Shown here: positions 7,907 to 15,778 of the stretch, in pieces
How the letters are laid out: each line of letters opens with the position of its first letter
Position numbering within the stretch: position 1 is the stretch's first letter
Source: Isoptericola halotolerans
GTDB taxonomy: Bacteria > Actinomycetota > Actinomycetes > Actinomycetales > Cellulomonadaceae
Length of the DNA stretch: 64,000 nucleotides
Reading direction: 5' to 3'
NCBI RefSeq assembly: GCF_013149785.1
Contig: NZ_JABEZU010000003.1
Coordinates: 372,001 to 436,000, forward strand
Notes under the pieces: generated by a model
The model's input: the letters and a program-made list of their open reading frames with translations, nothing else
Database searches by the model: none
What the model was told of the DNA's origin: nothing
Made by a program: the position numbers and the translations under genes

Positions 7907-8841
7907 ACACCGACCTGACGACCACCGGAGCCACCGCGCTCACCATCGACCCGCAGCAGTCCGGCTTCACCGACATGCAGGTCTCCGCGCTGCAGCACAT
8001 CGGCGTGCAGGACGCCTCTCCCGGCGACCTGGCCGTGTTCTTCCACGTCGTGCAGCGCACCGGCCTGGACCCGTTCGCCCGCCAGATCTACATGATCGGG
8101 CGCAAGACGAAGGACCAGCGCACCGGCGAGTGGACGACGAAGCAGACGATCCAGACCGGCATCGACGGCTTCCGTCTCATCGGCCGCCGGGCGTCCGCCC
8201 GCAGCGGCGACAGCGTCTCGGTCGCCGCGCCGCAGTGGTGCACCCGCGACGGGAAGTGGCTCGACGTCTGGTCCGGCGAGTGGGGCACCCCGCTCGCCGC
8301 CCGCGTCACCATCACCCGCGACGGCGACCCGTTCACCGCCGTGGCCATGTTCGACGAGTACAAGCAGACGAAGCGCGACGGCGGCCTGACCCAGATGTGG
8401 GCCCAGCGCCCCGCCGGCCAGATCGCGAAGTGCGCCGAGGCTGCCGCCTGGCGCATGGCCTTCCCGCAGGACCTCGCCGGGGTGTACTCCGACGACGAGC
8501 TGCAGCACGCGGACAGCCCGCCGCCGCAGCGCGCCCGCCGCCAGTCCGCCGCCGACGTGCTCGGAACCAGCGAGGCCGACCGACCAGCAGAGCCGGAGCC
8601 ATCCGCCGACGCGCCATCGGCCCAGGCCGTCAAGGCGCTGTGGGCCACGCTCAACGAGGCCGGGATCAGCGAGGACCGCGACGAGCGGCTGCGCTGGATG
8701 AGCAACCATGTCGGCCGCGAGGTCGCCACGAGCAAGGACCTGACCGCGGCCGAGGTCTCGCAGCTGATCGACACCGCGAAGGCGAACGCTGAGTACGCCG
8801 CCGAGGTCGCCGCGACCTCTGAGGCGGGTGAGCAGGCGTGA
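7903..8841 (+). CDS. Bet/RecT-family single-strand annealing recombinase
   Basis: RTGLDPFARQIY, IQTGIDGFRLI, MWAQRPAGQIAKCAEAAAWRMAFP. Confidence 0.92.
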   Translation: MNTDLTTTGATALTIDPQQSGFTDMQVSALQHIGVQDASPGDLAVFFHVVQRTGLDPFARQIYMIGRKTKDQRTGEWTTKQTIQTGIDGFRLIGRRASARSGDSVSVAAPQWCTRDGKWLDVWSGEWGTPLAARVTITRDGDPFTAVAMFDEYKQTKRDGGLTQMWAQRPAGQIAKCAEAAAWRMAFPQDLAGVYSDDELQHADSPPPQRARRQSAADVLGTSEADRPAEPEPSADAPSAQAVKALWATLNEAGISEDRDERLRWMSNHVGREVATSKDLTAAEVSQLIDTAKANAEYAAEVAATSEAGEQA

Positions 8842-9404
8842 GGACCCGCATCGATCCCGCCGAGGTCGCCCGGCTGCACGCCGAGGGCCTCGTCGACCGG
8901 GAGATCGCCGAGCGGATGGGCTGCTCCGGCAAGGGTGTCTACAACGTCCGCGGCCGACTCGGCCTGTCGCCCAACGGCGCCGGCGGACGAGGGCGCAGGG
9001 CTGCCGACGGGGGGCGACGGGCCGGTAAGGCAGTCGGCCGCCCACTGGTCCAGGACGGCGGGGCCACCCGCACCTACCCGACCGACTGGGCGCTCAAGGC
9101 GAGGTGCCGCGCCATCGGCCCGCAGGACGAGGACGCGGACCCGTTCTTCCACCCCGAGCAGGAGCGCGGCCCGATGCGGCGGATGCGCGAGCAGCGCGCC
9201 AAGGCCGTGTGCGCCGAGTGCCCCGTGGCCGGCCTGTGCCTGGAGGCTGCGATGCGGGTCGAGGGCGACGTCACCACGGGCCGCTACGGCGTCTACGGCG
9301 GCTACACGCCCGAGGAGCGCGTCGAGCTGCTGGCGCTGCGCCAGGCGGCCGACGACGTCGCCCAGACAGTGCGGGACGGCCAGACGCTGCAGGTGGTCGC
9401 ATGA
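8838..9404 (+). CDS. WhiB-family regulator with N-terminal HTH
   Basis: Four Cys (ARC...CAECPVAGLC) and GVYGG turn; N-terminal DREIAERMGCSGKGVYNVR HTH. Confidence 0.88.
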   Translation: MRTRIDPAEVARLHAEGLVDREIAERMGCSGKGVYNVRGRLGLSPNGAGGRGRRAADGGRRAGKAVGRPLVQDGGATRTYPTDWALKARCRAIGPQDEDADPFFHPEQERGPMRRMREQRAKAVCAECPVAGLCLEAAMRVEGDVTTGRYGVYGGYTPEERVELLALRQAADDVAQTVRDGQTLQVVA

Positions 9405-9955
9405 AGATCGTCGGACTCGACCTCTCCCTGACCAGCACCGGCGTCGCTGCGATCTGCGACGACGACACGGTCCCGGCCCCCTACGCCTTCGTCGACCGCA
9501 TCACCAGCAAGCCGTCCGGCAGCACCCTCGAAGCCCGTAACCGGCGCCTCGCCATCATCGTCGACGCCGTCCATGGCTGGGTCCACGACGGGGCCGACCT
9601 CGTCGTCATCGAAGGCCTCGCCTACTCGTCCACGAGCGGCAAGGCCGCCGAGCGCGCCGGGCTCTGGTGGCTCGTCGTCCACCGCCTCATCGCGAACGGC
9701 TACCCGGTCGCCGAGGTCCCGCCGACCTCGCGCGCGAAGTACGCCACCGGCACCGGCAACGCGGCGAAGGACGCCGTGCTCGCCGCCGTCGTGCGGCGCT
9801 ACCCGGACGTCGAGGTCACCGGCAACGACGAGGCGGACAGCCTCATCCTCGCCGCGATGGGTGCGCGGTGGCTGGGCCACCCGATCGACGACCTTCCGAA
9901 GTCCCATCTGGACGCCATGACCAAGGTCCAGTGGCCCGAAAGGAGCGACGCATGA
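9401..9955 (+). CDS. RuvC-like Holliday junction resolvase
   Basis: IVGLDLSLTSTGVA, VVIEG, KYATGTGNAAK, DEADS motifs. Confidence 0.9.
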   Translation: MKIVGLDLSLTSTGVAAICDDDTVPAPYAFVDRITSKPSGSTLEARNRRLAIIVDAVHGWVHDGADLVVIEGLAYSSTSGKAAERAGLWWLVVHRLIANGYPVAEVPPTSRAKYATGTGNAAKDAVLAAVVRRYPDVEVTGNDEADSLILAAMGARWLGHPIDDLPKSHLDAMTKVQWPERSDA

Positions 9956-10500
9956 CGCCCGACGTTCGCGCCCTGTCCCAACGATTCTGGGGACGCTGGG
10001 CCGTCATGGTCATCCCCGGCGCACCAGATGCCTGCTGGCCTTGGGAGGGTCGCCTCGACGCCAAGGGCTACGGGTTCATCAAGGTGAACGGGAAGACCAC
10101 CCGCGTGCACCGCGTCGCCTGGCTCCTGGCGAATGGCTCCTGGCCGCCGCCCGGAATGGTGGTCCGCCATCGCTGCGACAACCCTCCCTGCTGCAACCCG
10201 GCGCACCTCCAGCTCGGCACCGTCCGTGAGAACGTCGCCGACTGCATCGAGCGCGACCGTCGTGCCCATGGCGAGAGCCTTCGCCAGGCGAAGCTCACCG
10301 AGGCCGGCGTCCGCGACATCCGCCGACGAGCCGCGGCTGGCGAGGCGCACCGAGCGATCGCCGCCGACTACCGAGTGACCCGCCAGGCGATCACCTTGGT
10401 CGTGAAGCGCAAGAACTGGCGCCACGTCCTCGACGACCTGCCCGCCGCGCACCTGGCGGCCATGGCCAAGGTCGAGTGGCCGGAGGTGGTCCCGTGCTGA
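9952..10500 (+). CDS. Free-standing HNH homing endonuclease with C-terminal HTH and a ruvC-like tail
   Basis: CWPWEG...GYG, HRVAW, VRHRCDNPPCCNPAHLQLGTVREN; AKLTE...NWRHV. Confidence 0.92.
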   Translation: MTPDVRALSQRFWGRWAVMVIPGAPDACWPWEGRLDAKGYGFIKVNGKTTRVHRVAWLLANGSWPPPGMVVRHRCDNPPCCNPAHLQLGTVRENVADCIERDRRAHGESLRQAKLTEAGVRDIRRRAAAGEAHRAIAADYRVTRQAITLVVKRKNWRHVLDDLPAAHLAAMAKVEWPEVVPC

Positions 10501-11762
10501 TCGGCGCTCTGTTCGCCGGGTACGGCGGCCTCGACATCGCCACCGAGCGCGTGTTCGACGCCCGCACTGCGTGGGTGTCCGAGTTTGACGCCGCACCGTC
10601 GCGCATCCTCGCGCACCGGTTCCCCGACGCGCCGAACCTCGGGGACGTCACCAAGGTCGACTGGTCCGCCGTCGAGCCCGTCGACATCATCACCGGCGGC
10701 TCACCCTGCCAGGACCTCAGCCACGCCGGGAAGCGCGCGGGCATGAAGGCTGGCACCCGGTCCGGCCTGTGGGCGTCCATGTGCGACGCCATCGAAACGA
10801 TCCGCCCGCGCTTCGTGGTGTGGGAGAACGTGAGAGGAGCACTCAGTGCCGGAGCCGATAGCGCGGTGGAACCCTGCCCGATCTGTGTGGGAGACGGAAG
10901 CGGTGTCACTCTGCGGGCACTCGGACGTGTTCTCGGAGACCTGGCCGAGCTCGGGTACGACGCGGCGTGGTGTGGCCTACGCGCTGCCGACGTGGGAGCC
11001 CCGCACGGACGCTTCCGGGTCTTCGTCCTCGCCTGGCCTGCCGACGCCGAGAGCGACCCGAGGGGGCTCGGCGACCGAGACCATGGCGCTGCTGCGGACC
11101 CCTACGGCGCAACTCGCGGTGAACGGGGGCTCGCAGCACCCGGACAAGCGGAAGGCGGGCGGTCACGGGCCGACGCTGGCCGACGAGGTGGAGCACCTGC
11201 TCCCGACGTGACCCTGCTGCCCACGCCAACAACTCGCGACGGCAAGGGGCGCAACCAGCGGGGCGACGACACGTGCCTCCCGGGCGCGCTACTGCCGACG
11301 CCCCGCGCGACAGACGGCACGAAGGGCGGACCGAACCAGCGCGGCAGCTCGGGCGACCTCATGCTCCCGAGCGCAGTCCGGCTCATGCCGACGCCGCGTG
11401 CGACTCACTGGGCCAAGACCTCGGAGCGTGCCCGGGTGGAGTACGGGTCCTCGGACTCCCTCCCGGACCTCGTCGACAAGCGGACGTTCGGCCAGTACGC
11501 CGACGCCATCGCCCGCTGGGAGCCTGTCGTCGGACGTCCTGCCCCCGCGCCCACCGAGCCCACCGGAAAAGGTGGAGTGCACCGCCTGAGCCCCCGGTTC
11601 GTCGAGTGGATGATGGGCCTCCCCGACGGCTGGGTCACCGACGTCGGGCTCTCCCGCAGCGAGCAGCTCAAGGCGCTCGGGAACGGCGTGGTGCCCCAGC
11701 AGGCCGAGGCCGCACTGGGGCACATGCTCACCGTTCGCTCTCTTGAGGCGGTGACGTCGTGA
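10494..11762 (+). CDS. DNA cytosine-5 methyltransferase
   Basis: LFAGYGGL (I), GGSPCQDLS (IV), WENV (VI), HGRFRVF (VIII), EWMMGLP (IX), LKALGNGV (X); SD GGAGGT before GTG 10494. Confidence 0.93.
   Translation: MLIGALFAGYGGLDIATERVFDARTAWVSEFDAAPSRILAHRFPDAPNLGDVTKVDWSAVEPVDIITGGSPCQDLSHAGKRAGMKAGTRSGLWASMCDAIETIRPRFVVWENVRGALSAGADSAVEPCPICVGDGSGVTLRALGRVLGDLAELGYDAAWCGLRAADVGAPHGRFRVFVLAWPADAESDPRGLGDRDHGAAADPYGATRGERGLAAPGQAEGGRSRADAGRRGGAPAPDVTLLPTPTTRDGKGRNQRGDDTCLPGALLPTPRATDGTKGGPNQRGSSGDLMLPSAVRLMPTPRATHWAKTSERARVEYGSSDSLPDLVDKRTFGQYADAIARWEPVVGRPAPAPTEPTGKGGVHRLSPRFVEWMMGLPDGWVTDVGLSRSEQLKALGNGVVPQQAEAALGHMLTVRSLEAVTS
10846..11211 (+). CDS. Nested alternative-frame methyltransferase-associated polypeptide
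   Basis: SD AGAGGAG 6 nt before GTG; product has LPTPRAT, LLRTPTA and LLPT modules like those in the main-frame C-terminus. Confidence 0.7.
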   Translation: MPEPIARWNPARSVWETEAVSLCGHSDVFSETWPSSGTTRRGVAYALPTWEPRTDASGSSSSPGLPTPRATRGGSATETMALLRTPTAQLAVNGGSQHPDKRKAGGHGPTLADEVEHLLPT

Positions 11763-11889
11763 CGTACTCGACGAGAGCCCGCCGCACGACGTCGGACACC
11801 GTCTCGCCGTTCTTCTCTGCCTGCTCGCGCGCCGCCGTCCACACCTCGTCCGAGACGCGCACGTTGCGGAGCGTGGTTCCTCGCGCCAC
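11728..11889 (-). CDS. Ribbon-helix-helix (CopG-like) protein
   Basis: LRNVRVSDEVWTAAREQAEKNGETVSDVVRRALVEYV. Confidence 0.85.
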   Translation of the reverse strand: MARGTTLRNVRVSDEVWTAAREQAEKNGETVSDVVRRALVEYVTTSPPQESER

Positions 11890-11890
11890 G

Positions 11891-12121
11891 TCAGGCCCGA
11901 CCGATGCGCGCGCCGACCGTGGCCCGACCGCCCGCACGCTCGCGGGAGTCGGCGGTCTCGCGCTGGGAGCGGACGACCTCGGCGCGCGTCATGCCGAACG
12001 AGATCACGTCGTCGGGAGCGCCCGCCGCCTCGAGAGCGTCAGCCTCGGCGCGCATGTTGGCGACGACCTGGGCGGTGCGGGCGGAGATGCGGCCTGCCTG
12101 GGTGCTGGTGACGGTGCTCAT
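11891..12121 (-). CDS. Small hypothetical protein co-transcribed with the RHH gene
   Basis: SD GAGGGAG before ATG 12121; stop 1 nt before RHH start. Confidence 0.7.
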   Translation of the reverse strand: MSTVTSTQAGRISARTAQVVANMRAEADALEAAGAPDDVISFGMTRAEVVRSQRETADSRERAGGRATVGARIGRA

Positions 12122-12150
12122 GGTGACTCCCTCGGTGGTCCCTGCGGTGC

Positions 12151-12191
12151 GTGTACCCACACCCTAACACCATGTGTACCTACACCGTCAA
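12151..12191 (-). promoter_or_regulatory. Leftward promoter with two palindromic operators
   Basis: Minus strand TTGACG, 19 bp, TAGGGT with extended TG; GTGTACCTACAC (12174-12185) and GTGTACCCACAC (12151-12162). Confidence 0.72.
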
Positions 12192-12213
12192 CCCGAGAGC
12201 GGGTGAAGACCTC

Positions 12214-12318
12214 GTGACGCCCTGCCCGCGCTGCCGCCGCTACGTCGGCACGACCGTCTGGGCCCGGATGTGGCACCTGCAGGTCCACGGCTGCCCACCA
12301 CCACGAGAGGAGGGGTGA
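12214..12318 (+). CDS. Tiny CxxC/His protein (34 aa)
   Basis: MTPCPRCRRYVG...WHLQVHGC; TGATG overlap with next gene. Confidence 0.45.
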   Translation: MTPCPRCRRYVGTTVWARMWHLQVHGCPPPREEG

Positions 12319-12587
12319 TGGCTGTTCCGCGCTTCGAGGGCCAGTCCGACGCCGAGGCCGCCGTCATGGCGATCTGGGCGACGGTCGGCGTCGCCATGGA
12401 TGTGGCCGCCGGTCGCGCCCTCGACCCCAACTCATACCCCCTCGTCCCGCTGGGGCGCGACGCCGCCGCGTCGCACTTCATCCGCAAGACGCTCGGCGAT
12501 CTTCTCGAACTCGGCTACTGCCCGGAGGGCTGGGAGAAGGCGTTCATGGGACCCCTCCCTGGCGATCCCAGCTGGGGCGGTTCGTGA
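12318..12587 (+). CDS. Phage hypothetical protein
   Basis: SD GAGGAGG; coupled to both neighbours. Confidence 0.65.
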   Translation: MAVPRFEGQSDAEAAVMAIWATVGVAMDVAAGRALDPNSYPLVPLGRDAAASHFIRKTLGDLLELGYCPEGWEKAFMGPLPGDPSWGGS

Positions 12588-13189
12588 TGGGCGCCCGCAA
12601 CGTCTCGGCCGTGTTCACGCTCTGGCCCGATCTGCCGCCCGCCCCGAAGGTGCTGCTGCTCGGCATGGCCCTGGTGGCACTGGACAACCCGAGCGACAAG
12701 GGTCGGCCGGCGCGAGTGTTCTTCGGCGGCGAGGACACGCTCTGCGAGTACTCGGGGCGCTCTCGATCGGCCACCTACCGAGCACTGTCGCTGCTCCGCG
12801 AGGCGGGCGCGGTCGAGGTCATTGACGCCGGCCGGAACCGTCACCGGGCTGTGTACAAGCTCGTCCTGACCGCCGAAGAGGTCGAGGCGAAGCGTCCGAA
12901 CCTTGGGACCGGGAAGGGTCCCAACCTTGAGACGGAAGGGTCCGAAGGTTCGGACCGGAAGGGTCCCACAAACGCGACCCCTAGGAACCACGGAGGAAGA
13001 GACCAGGAATCACGGGGAGGAGATATCTCCAGCAAGGTTCCCGTCTCACCTGCCGCTGTGGACGACGACGCAGACCCCGATTCCACCCTGACCGACGCCG
13101 AACGAACCGAGCGGCACAACCGGCAGCTCATCGAGACCCACGGACTCATCCCGGCACTGCGACTCATCGAGGGAGGCAAGACCGCATGA
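12587..13189 (+). CDS. Replication initiator-like winged-HTH protein
   Basis: EDTLCEYSGRSRSATYRALSLLREAGAVEV wHTH followed by an internal iteron array (start 12584 or 12587). Confidence 0.78.
   Translation: MGARNVSAVFTLWPDLPPAPKVLLLGMALVALDNPSDKGRPARVFFGGEDTLCEYSGRSRSATYRALSLLREAGAVEVIDAGRNRHRAVYKLVLTAEEVEAKRPNLGTGKGPNLETEGSEGSDRKGPTNATPRNHGGRDQESRGGDISSKVPVSPAAVDDDADPDSTLTDAERTERHNRQLIETHGLIPALRLIEGGKTA
12889..12981. repeat. Four iteron-like repeats, putative phage origin
   Basis: GAAG(C/G)GTCC-N8-(G/A/C)GAC units starting at 12889, 12913, 12935, 12958. Confidence 0.8.
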
Positions 13190-13371
13190 GCACCGACCAC
13201 CGAGCCCGCTGCGCCACCCACCACCACAGGCTCCCGTGCCCCATGCATGCCGCCGACCACAAGGCCGGCGACCACACCGGCCGCCCGCAGGCCGACTGCC
13301 CCGACTGCGCCACCCCCGCACCCACCCCCGACGCCGCCCGAGCCGCGGGGAACGACCTGGAGGACTCATGA
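13186..13371 (+). CDS. Small Cys/His-rich protein
   Basis: CATHHHRLPCPMHAADH...CPDC; ATGA-coupled. Confidence 0.6.
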   Translation: MSTDHRARCATHHHRLPCPMHAADHKAGDHTGRPQADCPDCATPAPTPDAARAAGNDLEDS

Positions 13372-13637
13372 CCCAGCCCACGAAGTACCGCAAGCTCCCC
13401 GTCGAGATCGAGGCCGTCCGGTTCGACGGCACCAACGCCCAGCAGGTCGCCGAGTGGATCGGTGAGGAACAGGACGGCTGGACCTACAGCGACCGGAACG
13501 ACTTCTACGAGATCGAGACGCTCGAGGGAACCATGACCGCCCTGCCTGGCGACTGGATCATCCGCGGCGTGCAGGGCGAGTTCTACCCCTGCAAGCCCGA
13601 CATCTTCGCCGCCACCTACGAGGCCGTGGAGGACTGA
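13368..13637 (+). CDS. Conserved phage protein (PGDYG-like)
   Basis: KYRKLPVEIEAV...TLEGTMTALPGDWIIRGVQGEFYPCKPDIFAATYE. Confidence 0.85.
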   Translation: MTQPTKYRKLPVEIEAVRFDGTNAQQVAEWIGEEQDGWTYSDRNDFYEIETLEGTMTALPGDWIIRGVQGEFYPCKPDIFAATYEAVED

Positions 13638-13640
13638 CCG

Positions 13641-13934
13641 ATGACCGACTTCCGAGAGGCGCTCGCGTGCGCCATCGCACCGAGCCTGGTGGACCGCCAG
13701 AACCGCCTCGACAAGGCGCTCTCGCAGCTCGACGTGCTCGGCCTGACCGACGACGAGAAGCGCCAGGCTCTCGACGCCACGACGAAGCTCGCAGCCTCCG
13801 GCGCGCTGCACGAACCCGAGCTCGTCTACGTCCTGTGCCGGATCGCGGCCCAGGGGTGCATCACCGATGCCGACCTCGCCGCGCTGGAACACGCGGGAAT
13901 CAAGGACCGCACCCATGGACGGAGCACCCGATGA
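13641..13934 (+). CDS. Phage hypothetical protein
   Basis: SD GGAGG, operon position. Confidence 0.6.
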   Translation: MTDFREALACAIAPSLVDRQNRLDKALSQLDVLGLTDDEKRQALDATTKLAASGALHEPELVYVLCRIAAQGCITDADLAALEHAGIKDRTHGRSTR

Positions 13935-14173
13935 CCGAGACGCCCGGCATCGAGACGACGCCCGAGCGCATTGGGGAGCGCTTCTGGCCCAGGGTGCAGA
14001 TCACCGGCTTCTGCTGGGAGTGGTCCGCCGGACATGACCAGAAGGGCTACGGGTACTTCTACGTGGGCAAGACGACGCTCCGCGCGGAGGAGTGGGAGAA
14101 GCGGCACTACGACTTCCACACCGAGTGCCTGCTCGCGCTGGTCGAGGGCGAGATCGAGAGGAGCACGACATGA
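13931..14173 (+). pseudogene. Truncated HNH N-terminus fused to an unrelated C-terminus
   Basis: ERFWPRV...CWEWSAGHDQKGYGYFYVGKTT matches the start of the 9952 HNH, but the HNH core is absent. Confidence 0.65.
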
Positions 14174-14904
14174 GCGCGTGCATCAGCCGACACGGCGAGT
14201 ACAGCGACCACGAGCCAGACGAGACCTACGCCTGCCGCCTGTGCGGAGCGATCGACACCGACGCCCTCGTTGCCGAGGTGCGGCGCCTCACGCAGTGGAA
14301 GGCCGAAGCGCTCGAGGTGCTGTCCGGCTGGGAGAGCGTCTGGGAATCGCTGGGCAGGCCGGGACAGCTCGGGCAGCCGAAGTCCACCGGAGTGTTGGCC
14401 GAGGTGCGGCAGCTGACCGAGGAGCAGGACCGGGTCGTCACGCTGGCGGCAGCGGACCGGGACTACGCCTACATGCTTGAGGGCGTCGTGGAGCGGGTGG
14501 AGGCGCTGGTGTTCCCGCTGGAGGACGGCGGCCCCACCGACGACGAGACCCTGAGCGTCCGGGACCTCCGCGCCGCACTGCACCCGCAGGAGCCGCACGC
14601 GCCCGCCCAGGACGCGGGGAGCGGGTCGGACGGGGCCGAGGGCGCGGGGGGCGGGAACGGGGCTCAGATCGCCGGGAGCGACCGCAAGCGGTACGTCGTC
14701 ACGGTGCCTTCGTGCAACTGCGACGCCGAGAGCACCTTCGTCGAGCTGACCGAGGAGGAGGTGGCGCTGCTGGAGCGCGTCGACAAGGCCCTCGACCCGC
14801 TCGCGGGGATCGGCGTCGAGCCGGTCGAGGAGGCCGAGGAGTGGCACCTGGACGCCGCCGAACGGCACGCCCGCTGGAACGCCATCGAGACGGAGGAGCC
14901 ATGA
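14170..14904 (+). CDS. Mosaic phage protein (Ead/Ea22-like segments)
   Basis: ALVAEVRRL and VLAEVRQL coiled-coil motifs, CxxC, Gly-rich linker. Confidence 0.65.
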   Translation: MSACISRHGEYSDHEPDETYACRLCGAIDTDALVAEVRRLTQWKAEALEVLSGWESVWESLGRPGQLGQPKSTGVLAEVRQLTEEQDRVVTLAAADRDYAYMLEGVVERVEALVFPLEDGGPTDDETLSVRDLRAALHPQEPHAPAQDAGSGSDGAEGAGGGNGAQIAGSDRKRYVVTVPSCNCDAESTFVELTEEEVALLERVDKALDPLAGIGVEPVEEAEEWHLDAAERHARWNAIETEEP

Positions 14905-15059
14905 GCCCGCACATCGCCTGGCAGCGGGCGACAGACGACGTCGAGCGACGTGTGTCCGCGCTCGAGGACGCCCGTGACGAGCAGTGCCCCCGGTGGATCG
15001 CCGCCACTGCGACTGCGCTCGTCTTCCTCGCCAACCTCGCCCGATGGGAGAAGTCATGA
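14901..15059 (+). CDS. Small hypothetical protein
   Basis: SD GGAGGAG; ATGA overlaps at both ends. Confidence 0.55.
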   Translation: MSPHIAWQRATDDVERRVSALEDARDEQCPRWIAATATALVFLANLARWEKS

Positions 15060-15778
15060 CCCTGGACGAACTGCCACTGGGGACGGTGCTCGACGAGCTC
15101 GCCAGCACCTACGAGACCGTGGCCAGCCTGCCTGCCGTCGTCGAGCGCATCGGCGGGGCCAGCACCGGCAAGCCCGGATCGAAGCTGCCGCCCGGGATGA
15201 GCGAGACGCTGGACGTCGACGAGCACGAGCGGGCCGTCCACGAGCTCGACGAGTGGGCCGAGTTCGTCGGCCACGTCCTGCTCGACGAGGGGCTCGCCGG
15301 CCCCGTGCCGGACTCGACGCCCGGACGCCTGCGGTTCGCCGCGACCTGGTCCACGGTCGTCGAGAACCACCCGGACATCATGCTGCGGTACGCGCTGCAG
15401 CAGGACGCCCGCGAGCACCTGGTCACGATGCGGCGGCTGTCGCGGCGGGGGACGCGGAAGGTGCGCACCGAGAGCGCGTGCATGGACGTGGCGTGCACGG
15501 GCCAGTTCGTGGCGACCATCGACGGCCCGGAGGTGGACGGCTACATCGTCTGCGACCGCTGCGGCATGCGCGTCGAGAAGGACGTGTGGGAGCGGTGGGG
15601 CTCGAGGTCCGAGTGGATCACCGTCGAGCGGGCCATGACCATCCTCGGCGTCACGACCAAGCAGGCCGTGTGGCAGCGTGCCAAGCGCGGGAAGTGGCGG
15701 CGGCAGGGCGACGGGCGACACGTGAGGTACCACGCGGAAGACGTCCGCGGGGAGACGAGTGGAAGGATGAGCGCATGA
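15056..15778 (+). CDS. Zn-finger + HTH protein, likely late-gene regulator
   Basis: KPGSKLP, CMDVAC...CDRC, C-terminal ITVERAMTILGVTTKQAVWQRAKRG; near end of early operon. Confidence 0.7.
   Translation: MTLDELPLGTVLDELASTYETVASLPAVVERIGGASTGKPGSKLPPGMSETLDVDEHERAVHELDEWAEFVGHVLLDEGLAGPVPDSTPGRLRFAATWSTVVENHPDIMLRYALQQDAREHLVTMRRLSRRGTRKVRTESACMDVACTGQFVATIDGPEVDGYIVCDRCGMRVEKDVWERWGSRSEWITVERAMTILGVTTKQAVWQRAKRGKWRRQGDGRHVRYHAEDVRGETSGRMSA

Noticed and set aside
5672..9404. Recurrent GAGGT-N4/5-CATGA gene junctions as a repeat family
   Set aside because: Explained by Shine-Dalgarno plus ATGA overlap constraints; spacers differ
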